Assembly: GCA_977017645.1 (NCBI GenBank) | Contig: OZ360227.1 | Span: 98,394,001 to 98,458,000 of the forward strand | Source of the DNA: Torpedo marmorata | Lineage: Eukaryota | DNA length: 64,000 nucleotides | Direction: 5' to 3' | Notes under the pieces: generated by a model | The model's database searches: none | Told to the model about the DNA's origin: nothing | Seen by the model: only the letters and a program-made list of their open reading frames with translations | Shown: positions 63,930-64,000 of the stretch, in pieces | Numbering within the stretch: position 1 is the stretch's first letter | How the letters are laid out: each line of letters opens with the position of its first letter | Translations under genes and position numbers: made by a program

Positions 63930-64000
63930 TGGGTATAAATAAATTTATTTCTCAAATGTATAGATTGTTACATTAAAAAATGCCTAAACCAGGAATTCAT

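Larger units (their letters stand above)
1..64000 (+). other. ttn: Titin/connectin gene, I-band segment (novex-3 through middle tandem-Ig region); extends beyond both window ends
   Basis: Ordered novex-3-like, N2B-like, I27-like and tandem I-set Ig exons (EPPxF...W.K....D.G.Y.C...N..G), all phase 1 with GT-AG boundaries. Confidence 0.97.

Noticed and set aside
1-64000. CRISPR array or prokaryotic system
   Set aside because: The periodicity is eukaryotic exon repetition, and the reverse transcriptases are ordinary vertebrate LINE fragments

Overview
AT-rich vertebrate genomic DNA, most likely a cartilaginous fish (inferred from V-SINE/HE1-like SINEs and CR1, L1, Rex-Babar and Penelope-like repeats). 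The whole window lies inside the I-band part of a titin/connectin gene (ttn) on the + strand. In order: the 3' part of the terminal novex-3 segment (open frame, split by a 102-nt intron, stop at 6018-6020); a homologue of the cardiac N2B exon (14293-17927) that appears dead (acceptor AG->GG, many nonsense codons, frameshifts, an inserted retroelement tail); the I27-like exon; the two-Ig I28/I29-like exon; then 42 intact single-Ig phase-1 exons forming seven complete 6-Ig super-repeats (282-279-279-279-288-279 nt). The last four repeats form a duplicated 12-Ig higher-order unit. Introns hold nested LINEs, a solo LTR, SINEs, hairpin elements and a 5S rRNA-derived fragment. The main observations are the apparent loss of N2B and the expanded, partly homogenised Ig array. 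Homology calls rest on my recall of human titin, not on a database search.
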